A stretch of 48,601 nucleotides of DNA from Macrostomum lignano (lineage: Eukaryota), in assembly GCA_002269645.1 (NCBI GenBank), contig NIVC01004360.1:1-48601 (forward strand), read 5' to 3'. A program made the position numbers and the translations under genes. The notes beneath the pieces are model-generated. The model was not told where the DNA came from, did not search any database, and saw only the letters and a program-made list of their open reading frames with translations. Below, one piece after another: positions 32,701 to 44,400 of the stretch (position 1 is its first letter; the number at the start of each line of letters is the position of its first letter).

Positions 32701-34420
32701 TTCAAATTGTACTCTTTTACTGTAGGTCTGTTACTTTTATGCCACCGCTGCCACCAAATTTGTAATAGGCCTAAAACCTCTACTCTAGAATAATCACACA
32801 GCTATTACCAAGTTGTCCCAGGGCTTACTTCTGTCTTTTTTCAATATCCCTCCATTAAACCACCAAGTTTTAATAGGCGTTTTGCCTCTGTCTTAACAAA
32901 TTCTTCTAATGCCACCAGATTGTACTAGGGGTTTCTTCAATAACAGTTGGAGGTGGGGGCGGTTTGTGGAACAAATTTAAAAGTTGAGGTGGTTAGCAAA
33001 TTTGAAGTGCCGCCTGCGTTGAGTTCACACGAATCAAGCTAGCAGATTGCGCTGTCAAATCTCAGAAAATTCCGCCTGGTTACTCCATCTGCCAGGGTCC
33101 TCAATTCCCGGGGAAGGGTAGTTGAAGTCGTAGTCATGCAGTCGTAAATAGGCGCGGTCGTTCAAGCTTTGGGTCCTCAGACACCGAAGTTCAATGTACG
33201 TTAATTTCGCGGCAAAGCTTACTAAGAGTAGCGTAGTGCTGCCACTATCGTAATTTACGTATTATGGTATTTTTGATTCTCAGAGCTTGCTTAGTGTTGA
33301 GAATTTGGTTATGTTACGCTTCATGGTCGAATTATTGAAGACAATGCTAGGGGCTTATTGTGGTTTATTTTTATTATTGTTTAAACTGGATATTAATTCA
33401 GCGTATCCGCTTATGTTAAGTTGCGTCCTCAGGTGCCGCGGTGCGAGTATTAGATTAACAATCTAGTATTAGATTAGATTGTTAATGCTAGACAAGACGA
33501 AGTATAGTAAATAAACTAACAGGGCAAAAGTAATAGCATAAGAAGAAGAAGCAGAAGAGGAATTAAAAGTCGAGAAGTTACAGGTATATATATGTATAGT
33601 TTTGAGCATAAAAGCGGTTCATCAAGTGGGGCACGCAATGGGACAGGCAGTGGGGCAAACAATGGGGCAGGCAGTGGAGCAGGCAGGATTACTAGTAAAA
33701 TTAAAAGAAAAGACAAGCAACCAAGGGATGGAGAGACTTAGGCCAGAAAAAGGCGAAGGGAAGGGACCAACGGAGAGGCCAGGAGTGGAACCAATCGGGG
33801 GACATGGGAACCCGCCGGTGCCTGCTCTCCGGTGTCCCAACACGGGGCAACAATAATGATTACAAACAACGGAGTTACGCGCGCGCATGCAAATTTCGAG
33901 AAATGACCAAAAAATCAGTGGTAGACCCACCTACCACAAATTACAGTATGTAATTTATTTCTAAGAATTAATAGTTTAATTATAACACTTATCTGTTAGC
34001 GGTCTACTGTATTATGGTAGCAGTTTAGTGTATTACGGTAGCAGTTTAATGCACTCGTATTATAGCCTGAGCGGACTTTACTGGTACATGTACTGGTTTC
34101 CAATCCAAGCGTTACCGAGATTAGAGTGTCACAGTGCGGCTCTTCGTATCTCTTTAAAGAATTCCCTACTCCCTCTCTTAGTAAACATCTCCGAACTATT
34201 CTATTCTCTGAACTCTGGAAATGAATAACGAGATTTACCGTCTCGCGCAAAGTCAAGTTAGTACAAAATGTTCGTTTTCAATAGTAATTAGCGAGTGGCA
34301 CTACCTCATTACTATTTCAGTTGGCTAATTATGATTCTGGCTCAGAAGAATCCTCTGATTGGGCCTCAGCTGCACAACCTCACAATGGCCATTATTCTGC
34401 GTGAATGGGATCGTGTTTAA
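26738..34420 (+). CDS. ATP6V0E: V-type proton ATPase subunit e, 80 aa, three exons
   Basis: Exons 26738-26832, 32582-32629, 34321-34420 (phases 2,2) translate to MSFDIAFIVVTIFWLLVGGVLPFIIPRGSQRGLIQTMLVLTAACCYLFWLIMILAQKNPLIGPQLHNLTMAIILREWDRV, with the family motifs PxG.NRG, CCYLFW and AQxNPLxGP. Confidence 0.97.
27312..28246. mobile_element. Merlin-like non-autonomous element
   Basis: Perfect 30-bp TIR GGACTTCTTCAAGTTTATGTTGATAAAATA (27312-27341, 28217-28246). TSD AAATAAAA/AAAAAAAA (7 of 8). Extra internal TIR copies near 27518-27580 and 27644-27662, and related lone ends at about 15033 and 34501. Confidence 0.75.
28372..28540. repeat. Array of short hairpin-forming units (GACAC...GTGTC)
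   Basis: Perfect 14-bp stem ACTTAGAGACACGG-CCA-CCGTGTCTCTAAGT at 28372-28402. Degenerate copies at about 28412, 28455, 28523, 29076, 29116 and 29631. Confidence 0.75.
28541..29075. mobile_element. MITE, CC-terminal family, copy 3
   Basis: Ends CCATACTCAGGA / TCCAAACTATGG, body homologous to 16411-16999, degenerate TSD CATGGTGT/CACGGTAG. It splits one unit of the hairpin array. Confidence 0.75.
29245..29410. repeat. AT-rich imperfect inverted repeat
   Basis: AAATTAAATTAAATTTTTAAGAGTAACAC..AAAGTGTGGCC is mirrored by GGCCGCACTTT..GTGTTACTCTT..AAAAATTTAATTTAATTT. Confidence 0.7.
29485..29555 (-). other. tRNA-derived / Pol III promoter-like remnant (SINE head or tRNA pseudogene)
   Basis: Minus strand has the A box TGGCTCAGTGG and B box GTTTGAATCC at tRNA-like spacing. 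No convincing acceptor stem. Confidence 0.5.
31038..31316. mobile_element. hAT (Charlie-like) MITE with a CT-rich core (same family as 13389, opposite orientation)
   Basis: Perfect 8-bp TSD CCTTAGAT (31030-31037, 31317-31324), and TIR cores GGTTGGCAAAC / TTTGCCAACCCTTG. Confidence 0.8.
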
Positions 34421-34728
34421 AGCTTCAATATGTGATATAAATAAACTTGTCATGGATTAAATAATGTGAATGGTTACACTGCCCTGATTACTGATTAGTA
34501 AATTTATCAACATAAACATTAAGATTCCTACTGTACTGTTTTCACTGAATGTCTTAATATCCAATTGAAAGCATCATTAAAAAGTGAAAAGTCTGTGCGT
34601 CGTATCCTGAATGCATAATATGCAACAATAATATTTTCCTTATTAATTTGTTTGATTATGTAGGACTTGCTATTCCTCCTATTATTAAAACTGTATTAAC
34701 CACAACAAGCTTACTCGTGTTTTAAGCT

Positions 34729-34960
34729 GGGACTACTCAATACTCTGGACGGAAACTACAAAAGTTAGAGGCCGATCTACGAGCGTATTAATAACTTAGT
34801 CTTCGAAAAAGCATTACTTAGATAGGATCTACCTTGTAGTCAGTAAGTTTGTGTCTGTGGTAAAAACCTATACAAGCGATGCTTCTCTAGGACTAATTTA
34901 TTAATAGATCGGCCTCTAACTCTTGTAGTTTTCTATCCCTAGTATTGAGTATGTAGTCCC
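34729..34960. mobile_element. Small foldback/MITE-like inverted repeat
   Basis: About 55-bp arms GGGACTAC..TCAATACT..AACTACAAAAGTTAGAGGCCGATCTA (34729-34779) and the reverse complement at 34905-34960. Confidence 0.7.
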
Positions 34961-37141
34961 TGGCTATACAATAAGTTCTCATAGCTTAGAGGTAAATTTT
35001 ATTTTATTCAGTTTTTTTCTGTTGTCTATCATATTTAATAAGTTATCAACTCATCTATAGTTATTTTGAGCATTGCTGTTATAGAGTTATTAGCAGTGGT
35101 TAAACTTTTTTTCGTCTCTTGATATACTTAAGTCTTAAAGTAATATTTATCATCTATTAATCAACGCTTACTCTCAGACTATCTGCACAGTAGACCTATG
35201 TGTATATTTAATTGCTTCTAAAAATGCAGATACTTTCCAACAATTTCTGTCAGATGCAAGTGCTGAATTTGTGTTTAAGCAATTGCTGAATAGACTGAGT
35301 AGGCTAATATAAGTTGATCAAATACACCGTATAGTCAGTACAAGTGTTGTATTAGCTAATCTTGATCAAGCAATTATCTTTCATCACTTTTAAATGTTAT
35401 AAAAAGCAAAATAATTTCTTGAAGACTTCAGTGTTGCCATTTTTGTCACACAGACAACGATGCTAGACTGCCTAAACCTCCTTGTATCTTATCAACGTTT
35501 AGTATAAACTGATTTTTTTAATATATCAGTTACGGTATTACAGTATATCAGTATTACAATATAGCGAGTTAACAGAATTAACACAACAATATAGCCCAGT
35601 ATCCGAACAACAGTAGAAAACATTTATAAAAGATTAGTTTCTTAATTTAAATTTTTTTAAAAATCTGACTGAGGTATCAACTTGCCATCAAAATGACTTA
35701 ACTCGTTTTGAAAAAAAAACTTTCTGGAATTAACAAAATATGTTTATACGGGGCACAATATTTAAAAAATCAATTTTGACAGAACAGTTAACAGGGCCGG
35801 CCTAAATAAAATTTGCCGATTTGAACAACTCAAAAAAAGAATTTTGTCCAAATATTGTTTTAACAGACAATACTGGTAGTGTTTACTTTCAAGATGGCGC
35901 TCTATTTAAATTAGGTTAAAACAAACGAATGTTGAACGAATAAGAAGCAAAACGTCTTGTCCAATCCTGAAACGGGTTAAACAAAACGAGTCCTCGTTGA
36001 CTGATAAAAAATATTCGTTTACGAATGCAAAAGAAGAATAAATGAAAAACAAATCTGCAAAAATATTGATTAATTCTACCGATGCACATCTACAAAGCTG
36101 TAAGTACCAGTAATAAAATCGATTAACTACGCTCGCAACACAGCGTTACAAAGTGGAAAAAAGGTTCAGAAAAATCAAGATACCATTTAGGAATAATATA
36201 ATATTATAATGTTCAGGGTAAATATATACCTTAAACTTAATACTCGTACACAGCTGACTGCGCTTTCAGGACTGAAACAAATATTTTTTAATTATATAGT
36301 TAAGACACAACGAGGAAAACACAGAAAAGATGGCCGACTAGTAAGACAAAAAGACTAATCTACGTCAATGTACGTCATCTACAAATAAGCTCGGTTAATT
36401 TTCACAATGTTACCAATTGAACAAAAGTGGGGCTGTGGCCTGTCCTTTTGCCTATACATAAACTGACTATATATTGTTTCTATTCCACCGCGTCGCTCTT
36501 GATCGTACGCTCGTAAGCACTTTAGACACGTGTCAGGCTATACACGTGTTGGTTGCAAGAAACAATTAATTCTTCAGCTGCGAATCCAAGTGGACACGCT
36601 CTGAACACATTGATGTCTTGCATTTTCATGTAACTTAATTATAAGGGAGATTCTTCTATGGCTGATAGTTAATTCTCCCCAAGAGAATATTAGAAAATTA
36701 TATCTTAGGTGAGAGCAAACATACCTTCGTAACAATTGTCTTTGGAATCTTCTCGTCAAGTAAAATTACGTCATAAATAATTATTCTATAACAAACAATG
36801 CAAAAAGCAAAAATTGGATTGCAATATTCCTGTGCATGTGCAGCAGGTGCATCTATCAACAAAATCGTTTGCAAAAATAAAAATAGTGTGTCATTAAACG
36901 GTCAAAATGGGAACCACAAAAGCAGAACAAAAAGTAAGCTCAACAAAAGTCACAATAGAAATAGATGGTTTAAAAGCGCAGACGCAAGTCTTGAGACACA
37001 AACACATATTTATCTTTACTCGTAAAAATACACATTTTTGTGTTACTATATAAGCTCAGTAGGAAACTCCAATGTACTTTACTTGCATTTACGTGTAAAT
37101 AGAGCTCTCCAACACCTCGAACAGATATTATTTAGTATCTA

Positions 37142-39542
37142 TCAGTCCTGACTTTCCGACAGTCCTTTAGCCATCAACGGGTTCACATGACCTCCAGCGG
37201 CTCTGTTGTAGAGCGATTCTCCCGCGCTGCTGCCACCGTCGCTTCCGGCTAAGGCTATTTGCTCATCCTGCACATGCTGATTACTACTCACAGTAGTATT
37301 AGTAATTCCGGTCGGATCGTGACCTGTCGGTTCGTCGTGCTGAAAACTGTCCTGACTAATTTTCACTAAAGGCGGTGGTCGCGCCGATACTGTTGGCATG
37401 GCCGGTCGGGACTGCAGAGCCGGCTGTGCTGGTGCCGGTGCAGTCGCTGGCGTTGAGGTGGACAGCGTCGGTGAGAGGTCGCTGACCTGAGTGCCGCTGC
37501 TGGTGCTGCCCTGTCGAATAAGGCGACCGGCAGCTGCTGAAGCCGCTGCAGTGTGATGGCTGCTAGAAGATCCGTGACGCATTCGCGAGGCCAGCGAGCC
37601 CGATTGTGTCGAATGGTCGCCGCCAATTGCTACCGCAGCTGCGCCGCCGGCAGCTGAGACGGATGAAACCACGGAGCCCAAGTTCAGTAGATCCGATTGT
37701 CCTATATTTTCGGTTGTAAATTAGTTCTGATTAGACTGACTATTAGTTTTGATTCTGACAAAACATCAATAAATAATTTAACCATGTCGAGATTAATGCA
37801 AACTGAAATTCTGTTTGACATTTTGTTATTGTACTTTGGAAAGGCTCAGCAAGGCAATGGCGTTGACAAAATTTTGGCGCCTCCTGTTCCCAAATGTAAC
37901 AAATCTCCAACAACTAATTTTGCTTATTAGTCTCAATTTCAGCTTTTTCTGTGACTTTTGACATTGAAATCTCTAATCGGAGAGGCTCAACGAAGCATAC
38001 TTGTTTAACATGCAAAATAATTATTAAAACGGCCCTTTTAGTAACAATCATCAAATTCTGCTCCAGGATGGCTATAGCGAGGATGTTTTTGATTAATAAT
38101 CTATTAATAAATCACTAATGATAAAAATATCAACAGTTGGCTTAAAAATTCATTTGCAGCTGACCTACGCTCGTAATCTATGAGATTTGCATTAAAAAGT
38201 TTTTTATCATAATACTTTAGTGCATACATGTAGGTGATGATTTGCGATTGTAGTAAGGATCATTTGAAGTTATGATGCTAAATTTAACTTATTTTATGTA
38301 TTAGTAATCAGTAGACATCAGTCAGATAATAGAACTTTCACTTTGATATGCAAATATGGCAACTTTAAAGTAGACTTCAAAGCTTGTCACTAAAAGGGCG
38401 CCGTCTTAACCACCCTAAGGCTGCAATTGCTCACCGCCGCTGCATCGCTGTCCCATTTTCTCAGTAGGGCTCTGCAGGCTGCCCAGACTCAGGCTGGACA
38501 GCGAGCCAGACATGTTCCGTCCTCCGGCCGCTATGTTGAGTCGAAATGCCGGTCGAAGCTCCAGGTCGTCTGGTGGTAGATAGGTTTCGACCATGGCTTC
38601 CAACAGGTTGACAAAATGTTCAGCGTGATCCTTATTTTGGTTGGCCTGGAAAATGGTGATAGTTAGGTTGCATGTTTCATTAATGCAACGATTTAAATGA
38701 GTCGTAAATAACTTAAAACCAATTTACAGTACGAGCGTAGTTGGTTGGTTCTAATGCATTGACCTGCGGAGCTACGAGTGGTAATTTGAACCGTCTTAAT
38801 GATCAGGATAATAAAAAAATTAGGAATACATTTAATTGTCAAAGTGAAAGCAGTGAAAGTTCGTTTTGTACTTTATTAGCATATTACCTTTGTGAACTGT
38901 CCGGAAAAGCGCCACAGGCCACCAAATCCGATGCTCTGCAAATAGCTGAGCTGCTGTTGCGACGGCTCTTCTGTGCAAATCATGTTCTGTATGATGCTGT
39001 GCACCGCGTTCAGAATCACGTGATCGTGACAGTTGGCCAGAACGTAGTTAATCTTGGCGTCGATTAAGGAATGGCTGAAAAAGAAGAATTATGCATGTAC
39101 TTTGAGGTACAGTTTAATCGAAAATTTAATTCTGCGACATAGTTATTAAAAAATAGACTTACATAACGGGGAATACTTTTGGAAAGACAACGCTTGCTTC
39201 GGCCAGATATTCATAAAGGATTCTTGACTCGTTCTCGTCCGTAGTATTGCGAACCATTGTTACCTGTAGTGAAAGAGGACGAGTATTAGAAAGGAATCAT
39301 ATTCACCTTGGTGCTTTTTAAAGCATCGAATCAACTTTTTATATCTTGACCAGCCCCCGAAGGGGCTACACGCGCTAGTCATACAACTAAACCGTAATGG
39401 GGCAACTTAACATTCCCAAAGCCAGAACAAAAAACCTTACCAGAACAGCAAGCATCAGAGCCTGGGTCCGCTCGTCAGACAGAGTCTCTGCGTTTAGCAG
39501 CACGTTGTTGTCGTTGCAAATCGACGGTCGGTGCTTATGAGC

Positions 39543-39574
<32 letters not shown>

Positions 39575-39845
39575 TTGGTAGCTGCTGCATCAATGACAAC
39601 TGTTGTTGTTGCTGTTGCTGCTGCTGTTGCTGCAACTGTTGATTGCTTCCACTACTGCTTGGAAGATTTCTGGCATCAACGCTGCGAGTTCTTTGCGGCA
39701 TTCCACCGGAGCTGAGGCCGCCGCCGCTGCCACTACCCGGGCCGCCCGTGGATCGCTGTGATATTAACGTCGAACGCTGAGTCTGGGCGTCTATTTCAAA
39801 GCTTTTCCAACCCTTCATCAATGTCGGTGTTAGCAGGTAACTCCC
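37142..39845 (-). CDS. NF1: Neurofibromin, last five coding exons (5' part lies outside this interval)
   Basis: Exons 39845-39441, 39263-39163, 39074-38888, 38645-38435, 37701-37142 (phases 0,2,0,1). Translation includes NVLLNAETLSDERTQALMLAVL, TTDENESRILYEYLAEASVVFPKVFPV, LIDAKINYVL..LQSIGFGGLWRFSGQFTK and LEAMVETYLP, which match the NF1 C-terminal domain as recalled. Confidence 0.95.
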
Positions 39846-41458
39846 CTGGGCGTCGGCGGTGAAAAAGAGAGCGAGAGCGAGAGCGGTGATAGGAGATAAG
39901 ACAGATCTGGAGATTGAGTCGGCTCATTTACTAATAATTATAACATTAATAGATCCATTCCATATAGCGTGCGGTTTTCAAAAATCAGGCTTTGGCCAAC
40001 AAAGGTTTTGCTACAATTATTCAGCTGATGCTTGTTGGCCAATAGGTCAATAATGGTATAACGAAAAAATGTGAGAACATCTATAATTAAAATTTTCTCC
40101 ACTTCACCTCTCTACTCGTAAATTAATATATATTAGCATGCTACTGGGCCACACGCTTTCAGCAAATAGTCCATTATGCCAGCCAATTCATACTAATAAA
40201 AGCGGTTAAAAATTTTAACAATTTTTACAATTTGAACAATTAAAAATTTTTAAATGTTTTTTAACTGTTCATGCCTATTTAATTATACCTCCACGTATTT
40301 AGCTACCTCATTTTTTCGAACTAATATGCAACTATCGACAGCTTTATTAAAACTTTATCGTATTGAATTGACTTGCAGAATAGCTCTTAGGAATATACAG
40401 ACACCAAACGTAAGCATATAGGGACACAAAAGTGATTGTACCGAATCAAGCAAGTTCTTTAACTTAAATTCAAATTCAAATACAACCAGGTGTGAATATT
40501 GTTTTCCATCCATAAGCAAACACACTACTATTTAAGTACTGCAGGTTTCCGTAAAGCGTAAAATAGCGACACAAATTGGAGAACGCAAAATTTTTTGTTT
40601 ATTTTTTATTCTAAGGGGACGATGATGAAGCTGAATGGCATTGTTACTTTCAGTAGTTATCCAGCCACCACAAATATATCCAGACCATAACTTTTTAGGG
40701 TGCACACAGGAAAGCTGCAAACTTGTCCGGTTACTCGTACTGCAGCAGTAGTCCTTGTCGAAACTACCCTCAGAACTTTGCTGTCAAAAAAGCTTTTTTT
40801 TCGTTGAGAAAAGTTATTCTCAAACAAATCTTACTACGTCTTTTAGTATAGTAAGGAACCTACAGCTACTGACAGCAAGCAATTGATCCAGTTGGGTTTT
40901 TTAGATATGCAGTTAGCTACTGTGCGGTGCGACACTAGATTAGCATATCCATTTTTAATACATAAACTCTTTCCTGTTAGTAAGATTTTTAGTAAGGAAC
41001 CATTACGAAATTGTAGGCTTAGTGCAGTATATACAATTAAGCTTCAACTAAAAGGAAGGAGATGAAAACAAAAAAATGTTGATAGTTTTCCTACGACCTA
41101 TAATTACCTGTAATTATTTTTATTAATTCTTGTTTTTATTTCAACAAAAAATGCCCTGCATCGCTAGTTAAGACTTTTTGAAACGAAACAGAAAATTCGA
41201 TTTTTTGTCCTAATATGCTTGCAGCATCGCGGCAAAGAAAACTTCTGAGTATGCGTTATTGTTTAGCTAATGCTTTTAGTTTTTAAAAATTAAAACAATA
41301 CAGGTTGAGTAGGCAGAGAGAAATACGTTAGATAAATGAATTTGTCCTAGCTAAATTTAGTTCTTTGCTAACGTAGTTTATGCTATTTTTGCATATATAG
41401 CTTATCTTATAACTATGATTTTTCAGCTATGCTCAGGCCGTAGTGGGCTACAGCGCTA

Positions 41459-44400
41459 TCAGAACAGATGCGTGAACGGCTGCAGCTCCGGAGGCACCGG
41501 TTTGTCGTCCAGAATCAGGCTGAGCGGATATTCCTCGTCTGGTTTAGCCTGATAGGAAACTATCTTGGTTGGTTGCCAGGGCAGGTCTAGCGTTTTGCAA
41601 TAGAGCTTCTCAAAGTCGATGCCGTCGAACCAATCGTAGAATCTGGCGCAGTTTCTGTCCGGCCGGAATTCCGGCTCATAAATTAGACAGTCGTCAACAA
41701 AATTGCGAGCTGGTTCCGATGGGACAGCGTGATCTTCTGGCAGCAACTGGCTGTCGTTGCTAGCCTTATCGTCGACTGCAACCGCTGCGGAGCCTTGCAT
41801 TGTAGCAGCCGCTGTCAAGAACGATGAGGGAGAGAAAACTATTTAGTGCTTTAGGACGAGCTAATTGGCCCCAATAGGATTTACAAATGTTTAGTTCTAT
41901 TTTGAAACAATTACTTTGTATATGTGTATTTTCCCACAGTTCTCATGTAATTACACAATTTTATGGCCGATTTTCTACACTCTATTTCACGCGAACTCAA
42001 AGATACGGATGAGTTAATAGATCATTATTGTGGGAATAAAACGGTCACGTGATGATATGCGCAACTGTACACCGGAAGAAAATATGGAAAAATGATTGAA
42101 ACTAATTGCTATCGTATTTAGGTGAAAGTATATGTACAATGGGTAACTTAAAGTGCATGTACATATTGAATTGAAATAATAAAAAACTGTGTGCATCATT
42201 GGGGTAGATTGACTAACTTTCGTACATTGGAGCTTCCGCATGTACACTCAGGCAGAGTTGATAGGTTTTGGGGATAGAAAATTATTAGGAAATAAAGCTG
42301 TGAAAACAATGAGTGGAGGTTGCAGAGTGCCAAGGTCGTACAATGAACTTCTGTTCTGTGTGTACATATAATGTACATTAGGCTCGTAAAGCCCCACTAC
42401 TAGCCGAAGAGCTGTCTCACCTTTTTCGGCTAGTTTTCTCTCGCGTAGCAGGGCGGCCAACTCTTCAGGCAGGATGCCCCAGTCAACGGAGCCGTCGCAG
42501 TCGAAAATGTCCTCTTGATCGGAGAAGCACTCTCGCGTCAATAATTCGTAGAGCATCAGGCCGAATGCGTAGAAATCAACGGGATAGCCGTAGCCTAGCA
42601 GAGAGCGCGTGATTTTGGCGTCAGTTTGAATTTCTACGATGTATATCAACTCAGAAGCCGTTAGGCTTGAACTTATTTAAACATCTAAAAGTAGGGCATT
42701 TCGATAAAGAATAAAGCTTCACCTTTGTCGCTAAAGTACTCGGGAGCAGCGTAGTAACGAAAGCAGGTGACGGAGAACAGTTTATCGCCCGGTTTCAATG
42801 TGGTTGTGATGGCAAAATCTGTCAGTTTAATGTAGCCGCGTGCGTCGACTAGAATATTGCTGGCTTGAATGTCGCGGTGCACACAGCCTACGCTGTGCAG
42901 ATACTCAAGCGCTAGGATGATCTGAGCAGCAATCATGCGGACCTCTTCTTCCTGTTGGGAAATCGTTGCATTTGCTTGCTGATTTTGCTTGCTTGCTCAC
43001 GCTTGATACCTCTATGGATATAGCTTTACCTCAATATCGATATGGCTTGACCCTCTATATATAAAGCTCGACCTCTGTATCAAGATATATTGATCCCACT
43101 CAATCTGTAGATAGATGACCCCCCTTTTTGATCTGGAGATAGATCGACCCCCCTAGATTTGTAGATTGATTGACCCCCCATTTAGATCTTGAGATAGATT
43201 GACCCTCCCTAGATCTGGAGATAGATTGACCCCCCTAGATTTGGAGATAAATTGACCCCCCTTAGATCTGGAGATAGGTTGACCTCCCTTGGATCTGGAG
43301 ATAGATTGACCCCCCTTAGATCAGGCGATAGATTGACCCCTTAGATCTGGGGATAGATTGACCCCCCTTAGATCAGGCGATAGATTGACCCCTTAGATCT
43401 GGAGATAGATTGACCCCTTAGATCTGGAGATAGATTGACCCCTTAGATCTGGAGATAGATTGACCCCTTAGATCTGGAGATAGATTGACCCCTTAGATCA
43501 GGCGATAGATTGACCCCTTAGATCTGGAGATAGATTGACCCCTTAGATCTGGAGATAGATTGACCCCCCCTTAGATCTGGAGATAGATTGACCCCCCTTA
43601 TATCTAGAGATAGATTGACCCCCCCCTTATATCTAGAGATAGATTGACCCCCCTCCTCATATCTGGAGATAGATTGACCCTCAGATCTGGAAATAGATTG
43701 ACCCTTTTGATTTAGATAGATTGATCCCTCAATCTACGAGTAAATAGATTGACTCCATGATCTAGATAGCTTGAACACTAAAAGAAATTTTGTCTTTTTG
43801 ATACGGACCTACCGCCAAATCTGCATGACTAGGTTAAACCTATAGATTTGGCTACTTGTATATTTACACCCCAATCGATGTACACCTAAAACTAGGGGGA
43901 GTCGGAAAACTTGTTTTACCTTGAGGGCCGGCTAGATAAGAGAGGAATAAAGAGGGAATAGAGACAGAAGGGCAGAGGCTAGAAAAGAGATAATGGAAGA
44001 GGAAAGAGGAGATGAGATGAGAGGAGAGAGAAGAGAGCAGAGAGGAGGCACAAACCTAATTTGTACCGGATTGGGCCGGAGTTTGCCGAGCCCTGCTCTA
44101 AAACAATCAGCCCCAAAGATGCACCTTGAATTGGCAGACAATCTTTCCAGACTCGAGCTTCTCATAATAGTCCAATAGAGTGCCGTGCGGAAAGTCTTCC
44201 ATCAGTACGCCAAAGTTGAAATTGTTATCGGTAAAAAAGCCGAGACCGTTGCGCACAAACGGATGATCGAATGCGAATAAGAATTGGCGTTCCAATAGGT
44301 AGCTACGAATCTCCTCGTCGTACTCTTGCTCCTTGAAGCCGAGCGTTGTCAAATTGAAATGGATTCGACTACAGCTGACAATTTTGCAGCGATACAACTG

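Noticed and set aside
33312-33987. Possible solo LTR (TGTTA...TAACA)
   Set aside because: No matching TSD and no second copy in the window.
37142-37681. Standalone myristoylated protein (MGSVVSS, CDK5R1-like start)
   Set aside because: The start codon is TTG, and the segment splices in frame as the last NF1 exon.
42000-42070. Extra kinase exon (DLLTHPYL resembling helix I)
   Set aside because: It contains in-frame stops, and exon 5 joins exon 6 in phase without it.
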